A stretch of DNA of 64,000 nucleotides from Cystobasidiomycetes sp. EMM_F5 (lineage: Eukaryota): assembly GCA_051047955.1 (NCBI GenBank), contig JBPGPT010000013.1:62001-126000 (forward strand), read 5' to 3'. The translations under genes and the position numbers were made by a program. Positions within the stretch are counted from its first letter, which is position 1, and each line of letters begins with the position of its first letter. This document shows, piece by piece, positions 1-12,841 of this stretch. The notes beneath the pieces are model-generated. The model saw only the letters and a list, made by a program, of their open reading frames with translations, was not told where the DNA came from and ran no database searches.

Positions 1-685
1 CATTGCGTTTGCAGAAGGGGGAATGACGATAGGATGCGAGTGGGGAACGGCACCAGCTGCCACCAACGACGCAGACAGAGGAGGCAGTCTGATGGACGGG
101 AGTCGGCTAGATGCATCTTGCTCGTGCGAAAAAACTGGTCGCACTGCACCACTTGCCATCCCTGGTGCAGATTGCTGGTGAGGGTAGATTGGGAATGCAG
201 GGCTCGAGGAGCGTGTCGAGGATACGGCACTCGCATAGTCTTGCTGTAACTCCAGCATCGACACTTCAGACGATGGGCTGATTGTCCTCTCCTCTCCTAC
301 GCCGGCGTTTGCCAGCTTTACTCCATCAGCGGTATAGCTCGTTGGCTTCCACTTGCCAGCGTCCTTCTTTTCCTTTTGGCTGTCGGAGCGCGGTGTGAGT
401 GGTGTGCAATTAATACACTGTATGGTGAGAAATAGCTCACCGCCTGTTCTGCAACCACACCTGCAGCTTCTTCATCGTCATGTTTACCTGGTTGCAGACG
501 TGTTGACGGGCCTCCAGGGACGGGGTGCGCGACTGCGAGCAGGGGAGAGAGCATTAGCAATGTACCACTCCGTCTTTCAGTCAGCGCACCTCTGCAAACA
601 GCTGCTCGAGTATTGCCAGCTCGTTCTTTGTCGTCCTTCTCCTGCGCTTGATGTCGTTTGCGTGGTGGTCTGCCATTGTGTCCAT
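1..685 (-). CDS. Homeodomain transcription factor, Yox1/Yhp1-like (3' end runs off the window)
   Basis: Splicing two GT-AG introns gives MDTMADHHANDIKRRRRTTKNELAILEQLFAE|SRTPSLEARQHVCNQVNMTMKKLQVWLQNR|RQKEKK, a homeodomain with helix-3 W-x-QNRR, followed by a low-complexity S/P-rich tail. Confidence 0.8.
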
Positions 686-1644
686 GGATGGGTGATGATA
701 GTCGATGCTGATGATGCTGATGATGATTTAGAGCAGTGCAAGCAGAGAGCAACACCAAACCAGTGTTGACCTGTTCAATGACACGGCGTGTTTGTTTGAA
801 ATGTTCAAATGGCTGACCCCTGCGAGCCTCTGCAAATTGAAATAATGCAATCGGGCTAGCTACCCCGGAAAACAAAACAGAAAAATACACTGCAACTTTA
901 CGCGAATAGCAGTCGCGTCGGGGCATGCTGATGACTAAGCAGGTTGCACAATGGGCAGACGCAGCGGAATGGAGTGAGCGAGTGGCCAGCGAGCAATGTG
1001 AAGAGGGGAGAGAGTTGTGGTAGAGACAGCAGCGGAGGCATGGAGTGGATAGCGAGACGGGCATATAAACACTGTATGTATGTACTGGAACGAAAGCATC
1101 TTCTGATGGGACTGAAAGACTTGCACTCCAGAGTAGACCCCTACATGTACATACAGTGAGCACATACACATCACTCCTCTGCGGTCAGGCACGCGTAAAG
1201 ACAACTTGAAAATCTCCGCAAACACCGACATGGCCGTACAGCGAGGATATCAGCAACAAGCGAGATTATTGTCGGATTACACTTGCATACGCAAGCAACA
1301 TCTGCAGACTCCCGGGCAGCTGTATGAAGTGTGTTGTCCAATCTTGCAGTCGTCCCATCTTGTCCATCCAGTAATATCAGTTGAACACGCATGGACCATA
1401 CCACGACTACTCCCGTTGTATATGTGCATAATAATGCTCTTGTCTCCTCATTCAGCCATCCAAAGCCCCCCGACGGACATTCTCGGTGCCATACCCATCC
1501 GCCCTCACGGGAATTTACCGGGTGAACCGCGAGCCAGCCAGCCAGCAGTTTATCCCAAGCACCGACAACCAAGCAAGCGTTGAGCATCTGCATACAATAC
1601 AAGCAAATAACAACGCCAACCACGTACACTGCATACAATACACA

Positions 1645-3266
1645 ATGGGCCTCCTAGATTCTGTCCCCGTACGTCCTCTCACTCTTGAAGTGCCTGCGAC
1701 TTCTCCACTGACTGTGGTTGAGGTGTGCATCCAAACAGGCGTGAGCTGCAGCTTCGATACAAGCAGTATTGTATACCATTGCAACGACTAACCTCGTACC
1801 GTCATCTCATCTAGCGGAGTCGTCACTGGTGAAAACTGCAAGAAGGTACTGCAGTACGCCAAAGACCATGGAGTGAGTTGCGAAGGGTAGGACTAGTTGC
1901 ACAGAGATCACACACTGACTCTGCTTATCTCTCGCAGTTTGCGATCCCGGTATGTCTTCAAATGTGGTAGTGTCCGACTTGCGACTGCTGATTCGCTGAT
2001 ATGTCGCATCTCCGTTCAGGCATTCGTGAGTATAGATTCAGCGGCAAGTGTCTAATTGTCCATCGGCTAATGCCTTGTACCTGTCATAGAACGTCACCTC
2101 GTCATCCACCGTCGTAGCCTGCCTCGAGGGAGCTCGGTGGGTGTCCACTCCTGCTATCGCACGCAGCCCACCAAACTGACAGGCTGTATACAACAACAAC
2201 AACAACAGCGATTCCAAGTCGCCCGTCATCCTCCAAGTCTCACAAGGAGGTGCTGCCTTCTTTGCGGGCAAGGGCGTAAAGAACGGCAACCAGGAAGCGT
2301 CAATCGCAGGGGCAGTAGCAGCGGCTCACTACGTCCGCTCCATTGCACCGACCTATGGCGTCCCAGTCATCATGCACTCGGACCACTGCGCAAAGAAGCT
2401 GTTGCCCTGGTTTGATGGCATGCTCGATGCCGACGAAAAGTTCTTCAAGGAGCACGGCGAGCCCCTCTTCTCGTGCGTCTTTAATACAGACAGACGTCAG
2501 AGCGGGAGCCAACGATGTTTTGACTTTATAATGCGCAGCTCCCACATGTTGGATCTGTCTGAAGAGTCCAAGGAGGAAAATATCGAAATCTGCGAAAAGT
2601 ACTTTAAGCGAATGGCAAAGATCAACCTCTGGCTCGAGATGGAGATTGGCATTACCGGTGGTGAAGAAGATGGCGTCAACAACGAGTCTGTCGACAATGC
2701 ATCTCTCTACACTCAGCCCGAAGACATCTGGGAAATCTACTCTGCCCTGTCCAAGATCTCGCCCATGTTTTCCATTGCCGCCGGATTCGGAAACGTTCAC
2801 GGTGTCTACAAACCAGGTAATGTACAGCTCCGCCCGGAATTGCTCGAGAAGCATCAAGCCTATGCAAAGGAACAACTCAAGACGGACGACCCCCGTCCGG
2901 TCTTCCTCGTCTTCCACGGTGGTTCCGGCTCGACCAAGCAAGAAATCACTACGGCAGTAAAGGCCGGTGTCGTCAAGATGAATGTCGATACCGATCTCCA
3001 ATGGGCATACTGCACAGGCCTCCGTGACTTCTTCAGCAAGAACGCAGACTACCTCAAGGCCCAGGTCGGAAACCCAGATGTGAGCTGTGATACAATACGT
3101 TATCCTGTCAAATTTCTCGCTGATGCGTGTGTTTTACGTACAGGGCGCCGACAAGCCAAACAAGAAGTACTATGATCCGCGCAACTTTATCCGTGAGGCA
3201 GAAAAGACAATGACAGCTCGCGTAAAGGAGACATTCCAGGATCTCCTCACTACGGATCGTCTCTGA
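1645..3266 (+). CDS. FBA1: Fructose-1,6-bisphosphate aldolase, class II
   Basis: Spliced product MGLLDSVPAGVVTG...FAIPAFNVTSSST...HSDHCAKKLLPW...EMEIGITGGEEDG...FGNVHGVYKPG...VFHGGSGS...KMNVDTD, all class II FBA motifs. TGA at 3264-3266. Confidence 0.97.
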
Positions 3267-3564
3267 ATGCAGTAGAATATCGGTTATGTCAGGGCAAGAT
3301 CTGTGACAAACACATTTGGTGCCCTAGGTGCATAAAGGGAATCCAAAGAGCGGTCTGTGACGGAGGCAAGGCATTGATTTTTGGGGAAATCATTGACGTT
3401 CTATAACAAAGCTGGCGTGCTCGCGGAACGATACGCTAGCTTGCTCCTTGCTGATGATATGCTGGCTTACTGACCAACATGCTAAGTTCAAAGAATGGTC
3501 ATAGACCCCCTTCATTCTGGCAACCTTACGACACACTAAGCTTCATATGGCTGGTACTTGCTGT

Positions 3565-4282
3565 TCAAAAGCTCCACTTGAGGTCTGCCCAAAAGTGCAT
3601 GGATGATCAGCGTCCGTGTCTTGCTGCCGCATCTCGGAAAGGCATGCGCACTTCAGGGTACCTTCACTGGCATTCTCGGCGAAGATCTGTTTGGTCAACT
3701 TGACCTTCTTGTGGCATTCCAGCGCTCCGACCTTGATGAACGTCTTTCCTGGCATGGCATCTGCGAAGTTACCAACGTAAGCAATTTTCATTGTGTCGTA
3801 CTGACATTCAAGGTGAACAAACCTGGGCTTGACCACAAAGGACTGCCACACTGGTTGCAAAAGTTGCGATGCACAGTCTTGCCGGATTTCGTAGCTTTGT
3901 CTTCATACACTGACGGCTGGCCCTTCGTGATTTTGATTTTATCGAGGTCCACGGGCTGTCATTAGGAATTAAAGGAATTCAGCACGATAAAGAGCATCAG
4001 TAGTAAGGCGGCAAGAGCCCACGTTAGTGTTGTAGCTGGCTCCACTGTATTCGATCGCAAGAAGATTAGATTATAATCGGGAACGGCTGTGTTTCGAGTA
4101 TGGACTTATTGAAGCGTTCTTGCAACTGCCGCAATGGCACAGAGTCCCCTCCAACAGCTGCTCCTCCGGGACATTCACCTCGTACTGCACGTTTCCTGCG
4201 TGGGCAATGATCAGACAAACATTGAGATGCAATCTGGACATGTTCTCTTCGGCCTACCACACAAACAAGATCCCTTGACCAT
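3565..4282 (-). CDS. GFA / Mss4-like (CENP-V family) zinc protein
   Basis: Spliced MVKGSCLC|GNVQYEV...LCHCGSCKNAS|SGASYNTN|PVDLDKIKITKG...HRNFCNQCGSPLWS...FIKVGAL. The CxC, CHCxxC and FCxxCGS motifs are typical of GFA proteins. One junction needs a non-canonical intron (see findings). The 3' exon is approximate. Confidence 0.85.
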
Positions 4283-4725
4283 GTTGATTCGCTAACGGGA
4301 TGCCGGATGGACAGGTCGTGGTATAAGCAAAAGCTGCCCTACCTCGCTCTTTCTTTCCAGCGCGTTTGTTGCCACTGCGTCACTTCTTCCTCGTTAGCGC
4401 GGCAATGCGGACCCGCACACCTTGCTGAGCATGGAGACATTTGGAAGCACAATATCGTCGTTGACTACAACGTATGTTCTCCAAACTGTGCATGGCGCGT
4501 CCGACAGGCAAGCGCAGTGTTCTTGCCAATGAGCATCTAAACTGACAAGAGAGCGGCAAGTTTTTTGAGGGCTCTTTACTGATATTGAGGGCTCTTTTCG
4601 AGGACTTTCAACATTCCAGTCCGGTTTTTTTCTTTTGGTTTCTTGATCTCTTCCATTATCTCTTCCATTATCCATTCCCTTTCCCCTCATCCCATTAAAT
4701 GACGGCGTTCGCAGAAATCTATACC

Positions 4726-5672
<947 letters not shown>

Positions 5673-6072
5673 TCTGGGCTTAATAACGGCTAGTGGGTGG
5701 CACCTTTGTTTTTATTTGTCTGTTGATAGAATGAGAGAAAACAGCTGAGGCGACAGTCTGTTTTCGAAAACAAAACCCGTCAGGGGATATAAGGGGGTCC
5801 GTGCGTCAGGGGTATTGCATCGCGTCCCGACGCGTCATTTTGCCGTATCGTCAGCTCAGCGACGGCGCAGAGAGGCTCATTGCGAGTAGGAGATAAAGAC
5901 TGCACATGCGTAGTACTTGTCAATAACGAATCACCATTTGATCACGCCGTAAACACTGGTCTTTTAGATTTTCGCAAAACCCTGCACTGAGAGACTGCTT
6001 GTCTTGGCTCTTCCATTACTACTGCTACTACTGTGCACGTTCACGAGACTTGCTGCGTTTAATCTCGCCGGA

Positions 6073-8223
6073 TCAGTGACCATGTCCATCGTCGCCACCG
6101 CCGCCTGGCAAACCTGTCAGCAGTGGTTTGATGCAAGATGCTCCGCTAGCACCTACCCTTCTGTTCCCTTGGCACAGTGATCTGATCATCGATGCGCAAC
6201 AAGCTTGTACACGCCTCGAGAGCGCTCTTCAAGCTTCTGATCTTGCTGACTGTTGGCTCAAGAACGCCTGCTCGAACGTTATCGCGGACAACGCCATTGA
6301 GTAGATCGAGTCCATAGAAGCGTAGCTGTCGCTTCGGGTCATCCGCAGGACATGTTTGCGCAGCATTATGGTATGCTCGTAATTTCGCCACGAGGTCAGT
6401 CGAGTCCTTTGCAGCATTCACAGCTAGAGTCTTTGGGATGACCAGAAGTGCTTGTGCAAATTCTGCTATTGCCAGTTGTTCTCGCGAGCCGAGAGTCGTG
6501 GCGAAGTTTTCGAGGTAGATGGAAAGCGCAGTCTCGACGGCACCTCCGCCTGGAACGACACGACCGGATTCGAGTGTCCGCTTAATGACGCTCAGAACAT
6601 CGTGAAGTGCTCTTTCCATTTCGTCAAGCATATAGTCTGCAGACATTTAATGAGCATGTTTTCACCACGTGTACGGAGCATAGCTCACCATTTGCACCTC
6701 GCAGGATGATTGAGCTAGAGCTGACGACTTTTGTGCCCTTGACGAGGATAAGTTCGTCGTCTCCGACACGAGACTGCACGACTTCTTCTGCCGTTCCAAG
6801 ACTGCTCGCCTCGAAGCTCTCGTCTCCGTCCAAGTTGGCGAGACTCGACAATAGAGTGGCACCTGTAGCTTTTGCAATTCTTCTGAGATCCTCCTTTCTA
6901 CACCTCCTTACTGCCATCGCACCCGCTTCTACAAACTCCTTCAAGCACATCTCGTCGATGCCTTTTGTGGTGAATACGACGTTTGCGCCAGCAGCGAGAA
7001 TTTTGCGGATCCGCTCGAGGGTAATGTCACTCTCCCGTTTGCGAATAGCCTCCAGTTGTTCCGGATCATCAATCGTCACATGCACGCCAAGGTTCATCCG
7101 CGTCTTCTGCAGGTTGATGTCGAGACAGGCAATCTTTGCTTTCGTTATACGCTTCTTCATGGCTGTCAATGGTTCATTGGGATGTGAGCCGCACACATGA
7201 GCTAGCGTATTCCTTTATAACCCACCCTGAGACGCAACGGTGACGTTGATGGCGTAGCCTTTGACAAAAACAGACTCTGTGGCAGATTTGCCGTGCGCTT
7301 TCAAAACGTTGACAGCTTTCACGGGATACTTGATCTCGCCGCGCGCATTTGTGCTCTTTACCGCCAGCATTGCATCGACAGCCATATTTGAGAAAAAGTC
7401 ATCGTCGCTGTTAGAACGAGAGACCGATAATGATGCAGCGATCATTGCAAAACGAACGCATTAGATATGAATGTGTCGGATCAGCTGATGAGAATGGTCT
7501 TGCATGACGCGGCACACGCACCTTCCGATAATCTTGCTAGCCATACTCGTCTTTGCAATGTTGACTAGCGAATCTCTGGCCAGGGCATCGACCTTGAGAC
7601 TCAGTTGCGCCTCCATGAACCGTACTGCCTCTCTGCAGGCGAGTCTGTAGCCGCTGATGACGGTCGTTGGGTGAATCTTGTTTTTGACGAGGTCGTTTGC
7701 TCGCCTGAGCAGCTCGGATGCGACAATGACGACCGACGTCGTTCCATCTCCTACTTCCTTGTCCTGCTGCTGTGCCAACTCTACGAGTATCCTGCCCGCC
7801 GGATGCTCGACGCTGATCAGTTTGAGAATTGTTGCACCGTCGTTGCTGATGGTTACTTCCTGCAGATGGCGGCCGTGAAGTCAGAGTGATGTTCTGTTGC
7901 ATGTTGTGCAAGATGCACATACTCCCACATCGTCGACCAGCACTGCAAAATGCGCAATATTTGTGAGTGGATTTGACAATGTATACCATTCATTCCCTTC
8001 CACTCACTCTTATCCAGCCCTACTGGCCCGAGGGAGCTCTTGACGACGTTTGCAATCTGGAATGAACGCACTTAGACGTTAGAAGCGCAGAACCACTCAC
8101 TGACCATCCACCCACCGACAATGCCGCTACAACGTTGGCGTCCCGGACAGACTGCCCAGATATCCGTTCACCCCCGCCGAGCATGAGGTTGGCTCGCGGG
8201 TCACTCTGGAATATGGACGCCAT
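6073..8223 (-). CDS. TCP1: Chaperonin CCT/TRiC alpha subunit
   Basis: [48 protein letters not shown] and LLRIDD across multiple exons. The N-terminus [15 protein letters not shown] is alpha-subunit-like. Confidence 0.95.
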
Positions 8224-8708
8224 GGCTCGAGTTCTGCGGGCAGTATGTGGTGGAGCGGTTTACGACTTCAAGGGCGAATGGAAATATTGCAAGGCCGTAC
8301 ATGGCTGATCGAGTGAAAGACTGAATGCAAGTCAACGACAAGCAAGACACGGTGAGCAGTTGGCAGAGCCTTGTGGAAGCCCACAGATAGGTTTGGAATA
8401 GTCAAGTCTTTCAAACGAGCCTCGAAGCTGCTTGGAAGCCTGGATGATGTTGCAATTGGGTCAGGATGACTGCTACAAAGTCGGGCTAGACTGTATTGAT
8501 GAACGCAGAATGTGCTGCTAGTATTGTGTAGTAGTGATAATGATGCCCTTCTAGTCCATAACTGCGCGACATTATCCACTTTTATTACTTCGAGGTATGC
8601 TCGACTACGCGCCTCATTGACGGCAACGCGTTCAGATCCGCAACAACAATCAACAAAGTACATTTACAAACAGGACACGCAGCACAACAAATCAAACCCA
8701 CACCACAC

Positions 8709-10431
8709 ATGGCACCACGGCGTCGACGGTCTTCGAGCAGAGGCAGGTCGCCCGGTCCAGTACAGCGGGAGCACGCCCTGCCCGTCGAAGCAGCAAACGA
8801 TCTGCTGCCAGGGTTCAGAGGAAAGCTGCACACCGTCAAGGTGGGATGAGACCAGGCTTCTGCCTTTGTGCAGTGCATACCGCTGACTCGTTGTTTGCTT
8901 TACGCGCCTGTTCCGATGCTCCTCCAAATCCCGCCTCCCCGGATGCTTGCATCGCAAAACAGACCCAAGAACTCAACCTCGAGGATGGGTCTGTCATCGT
9001 TATTGCCAGAGTAAAGGTCCCAGTCCCGAAAGGCGTGTCTGGGTAGGTAGTCTGTCGACCAGTCGCCGGATATACCTTGGACAAGTACCTGACGCCAAAC
9101 AACCAGCCATCTCATAAAGCGATTCGATACCGGCGCAATAAGTGCCAGCAGCTTGTTCAGAGCTGCATATCCTAAAGCATCCGCAGAGGTAGAGTGCGTG
9201 GAGATGATTTCATGCACCCGCACAATCGTCTAATTTCGGCAAATGGGCTGGACTTGCAGGCTCGCGGAAATGTCATACATTGCCAAGCGATGCGACACGA
9301 AGCGCGCTGGAGATGAAGATGCAGAGGGAGCGGGAAAGCTGACGGGCACATGGTGCGTTCAAACTAGGCCATGTTTTATTGCCGATCTCTTGCCGACTGA
9401 CCGACCGCATTTCTAACACAGGGTTCCCGTTGAAGACGCAGAACAGCTAGCAAAGGAATACAATCTCCTTAAGTTCGCTTCCGAGCTCGTAAGGCCCGCC
9501 TTCTTACAAGTTGCCAGTCTCTGACGATGTATGCGCGCAACAGTTTGAATTCGAGCAGACTCCAGGCGAAGCACATGGGGCTGTCTCTTCACCTGCAGCA
9601 CCGACGCCTCGTAAGATGAGCAAGTCGCCTGCTCCTCCAAGTTCAGCATCATCTAGATCTAAACGCGCCCGCCATACTTCGCCACCCGCACAGGCGCCCG
9701 CTCCTGCAGTACCCGCTTCCGCGCCGGCCGACGCACCAGCTGCATCCACTAGAAGTGCAACGTCTGCATCGCAATCTCTGGCACCGCCTACGCCGTCCAA
9801 GCCTGCATCGAGAAGAAAGTCTACCAAACCAGCTTCGTCGAGCGCTGCTACCGAGACTGCTTCGACAGATGCGCAAAGCACAACGGATGAGCCGACAGGT
9901 GGAATACAGGTTACTCAGGAAACGATTGTTGACGAGGCAACTGGAGAAGTCGTCGAAAAGACTGAAGTCACATTGACGGGATCAGAACTGCCCCCTAATG
10001 GTCTGATGGGATCTGATGAACAAGCTCGTCAGGCAGTCGAGGAGGCTCGCAAGTTGATCGATTCTCTCAAAGAGGATGGAGTGCTGTCGAGCTCTACTTC
10101 AAAGAAGCGCAGTCGACCACTTACCGATGCCGAAGAAGAGGAGGATCTCCAAGCAGAGGAAGCCAAGTTTGAGCAAGAGGAGTCGCAGAAACAAGGCTTT
10201 GTCGGTCGTTTCTTCGGAAGGAAACGGGGAGCAGCCGCACAACGAGCGAACAAGTCGAGAGGAGCAGACATTGGCCAGCTTCAGCTCATGCAGAGCCTAG
10301 ATGGAGCGCAGGTCCTCGTTGCTCAAGCTCCTGCTCCACAACCCACCGCTGCGAGACGCAGATATATCGCAATGGCTGGAATGGTAGTGATGGGCGCTGC
10401 TACCGCAGCCGCTCCATACTTTTTCGGTTGA
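8709..10431 (+). CDS. Bqt4-like KilA-N/APSES domain protein with C-terminal membrane anchor
   Basis: Exons encode KRFDTGAISASSLFRAAYP and GKLTGTWVPVEDAEQLAKEYNL (APSES/KilA-N fold), then an S/P/T-rich disordered region and a terminal hydrophobic helix RRRYIAMAGMVVMGAATAAAPYFFG*. This architecture matches S. pombe Bqt4. Confidence 0.75.
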
Positions 10432-10986
10432 AGCCTGCGTAACGAGCTTCGCAATCTGCGCAGAGACTGGGTAAGAGGCAGACGTATGGCGAGAAGTACG
10501 GCAAGAGGCAGAATTGGCGTTCCGTGCTTATTCTATTTCCGCATGCATGTATGTATTATACTCTATTTCGGTATAGCTATGGGGCAAATGGTAGACTAGT
10601 CACTATTCATGTCTGTGCGTGTGTCGAATACGTCGCTCGCCTACCATTATAGCGTCTTCACATACGAGTCTTTGCGTCCTTTTTAGAGATTGCCCATCTC
10701 TCGCTCTTCGTAAAAGTAACCCGGCGTTGAGCTGCCGCTCTTTGGCCTCGCCGATGTCCTGCAATGCTATGAATGACTGATCTGGTTTGACTTTCCTAAT
10801 GCCAGTCCGGTCTCTGGCTTGTTCTGCGTGATCCGTCTCCTCTGAGGAGACAACCACTGGGAGCATACTTGACAAATCGATGGGCTTACAAATGCAGAAG
10901 AATATAGCGACAATGCTCAAACACGCTAATGACTTGCCCTTTCCTCTGTCGCTGCCCCTGCGCTACCCCTCTGATCCGCCCAGCGA

Positions 10987-12701
10987 ATGGCCGAGTTTCG
11001 ACGAATGCTGATGTCGTACAAGTCTGTACATGCGCAGTGACTGGTATGAAGACATGGATGCACTCGCTAAGGCTGATGCGGACATCGTCCCGCATGCCCG
11101 CGAACCGCTGCAAATGAGTGCTGATCTCGCTCGGCACATCCTCGACTACCTGGACGAGTACCCGAACAATATGAATGTCCGACAACATTGGGCATACTAC
11201 TGGCTAGCTAGAAAGGATGGATGCGCCTACTGTGGCAGATGGACCAAGGATGGCCTAGTGTTGCAGTGTCGATGCGAGCAGTGCCGCGGTATGTTTCCCT
11301 AAAGACCGTCAGCGCAGGATCCGATACTCACTATGCTTCGTATTGTTCGATGATACCAGTTGCCAAATACTGCGTAAGCTCGGCTCACCCTCGACGGTAA
11401 CAAACCAGAGCTAATTACCCGGCGTCAGGATATCGTCTGTCAAAGCAGACACGAGGACGCCCATGCTACCAGAGTATGTCCATCGCCAACATACGAGCCC
11501 GTTTCTGATTGCATCGGCGTAGTGTGGCATATATGTTCAGAACAGGGAATCGACGGAGCAGGATCTAGGCAACGATGTGTACAAGAAGGAGCGCGAGCTG
11601 TTTGCTCAGTGGAACGCCATAAAGGACGATTACTTCAAATTTGAAGGCGAGAAGGTGACAGTGGATGAACTATGGAATTGGATGACAGACAGTCTCTGCG
11701 AATGGCTGGCCATGTGGACCGACTATTTCGCTCTCATGACCCAACACCTGTATCTCGGCGACCTGGTCGAAGACGACATTAGCGTCGCAAAAGGATATAT
11801 TTCCTTATACCTTACTCCTGCTGTCGATTGGCGCAATACGAGCCTCATGTATGCGTTTCGCGTCGTTGCCATGCACTTTACCAAGTCTGAAGAGGAGCCG
11901 GCGCGTGCTGTCAATTCGGGCATCGTGGAGGAGTACAAAGCGATACCCGGAATATGTGGCATTGGCAGGCTTCGCGTAACTTTTCTGCACGCTGCGCAAG
12001 CCTACCGTGTCACCGTCGGCCAAGAGATGGCCACTGCCGAGATGGGTTGTTACACCCAAGTCATGCTCATTTACCTGAAGGATTCGTTGAGCGATCCAAC
12101 TGCGCACTGTCATTGGAATGGTCCAGCATACCAGCAAAACCTACTCAGCCTCATTACACGCGGTGTGACGTTTGATGGACTTCCGATTGCCGATGCCACT
12201 GCGCGTCTAGTGGATCTTACCAATATAAAAAGCCTAGACATACTCCACAAACTACATCAAGAGTGTTTGGACGCCTATCCTGGCCTGATGAAAGATGTGG
12301 CTGAAGGGATCATAACCTTTGACTCTGATAGCAACAATGAGGACAATGATGCCGACAGCGATGTAGCCACTGGCGTTACCCTTGCGACTACTCCATCTCG
12401 TCGGAAGAAGAAAAAGAAGGGTGGGAAAGGGAAGAAGAAGAAATCGGTAGCATTGGAGCAGCAGGAAGCCGATATCGGACCGCCCTTGTGGAGTCGTCCC
12501 CGCTCATACTCTGTCCATCTCGCTACGGTCAGAAGAGTAGGTCTGCATAAAGCTATCTCGTCAAGAGCAAGGACGACGACGTTTCACGGACACGATTGTA
12601 GGGTCTGGTATCGAGAGCAGTACACTCCTGGGTGGTCACCTCTGAGCGCTTCTCATGTCCGTTTCAAGTCCTACTCATCGATAGAATCAAACGACGTTTA
12701 A
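10987..12701 (+). CDS. MYND-type zinc finger protein with an uncharacterised C-terminal domain
   Basis: CAYCGRW...CRCEQCR|VAKYC|DIVCQSRHEDAHATE|C across small exons fits MYND spacing. It is followed by a long open exon (11577-12701) with an acidic patch and RRKKKKKGGKGKKKK. Both ends are uncertain. Confidence 0.65.
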
Positions 12702-12841
12702 TCTGCATCATAGTCATTGTGTCTAGAGGAAATGAGGCAACGACTTGTGCTGGCTCGTGTACGTCTCGTGTTGCCCGGCTATTGATCGGATATCGAGAGG
12801 GACTGTTGCATCCAGCCGGCACCTCTTGCGCTGGTATCAAT

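Noticed and set aside
1..685. Homeobox gene as a mating-type HD locus
   Set aside because: There is no divergently transcribed HD1 partner (the divergent neighbour is FBA1), and the sequence resembles Yox1/Yhp1.
318..1638. Long overlapping ORFs of 283, 155 and 125 aa
   Set aside because: They show no motifs and run across the homeobox introns and the divergent promoter.
2190..2208. (CAA)n tract, and other short repeats at about 705-727 and 4648-4675
   Set aside because: These are ordinary microsatellite-scale repeats in intron or UTR sequence.
2300..3001. 233-aa antisense ORF over FBA1 (similar shadows over catalase, the kinase and the protease repeats)
   Set aside because: These are antisense shadows of codon-biased genes with no independent protein motifs.
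10760..10860. Hairpin GTCTCCTCTGAGGAGAC and C/D-like words as a snoRNA
   Set aside because: There is no proper RUGAUGA box C with a terminal stem and no recognisable rRNA guide.
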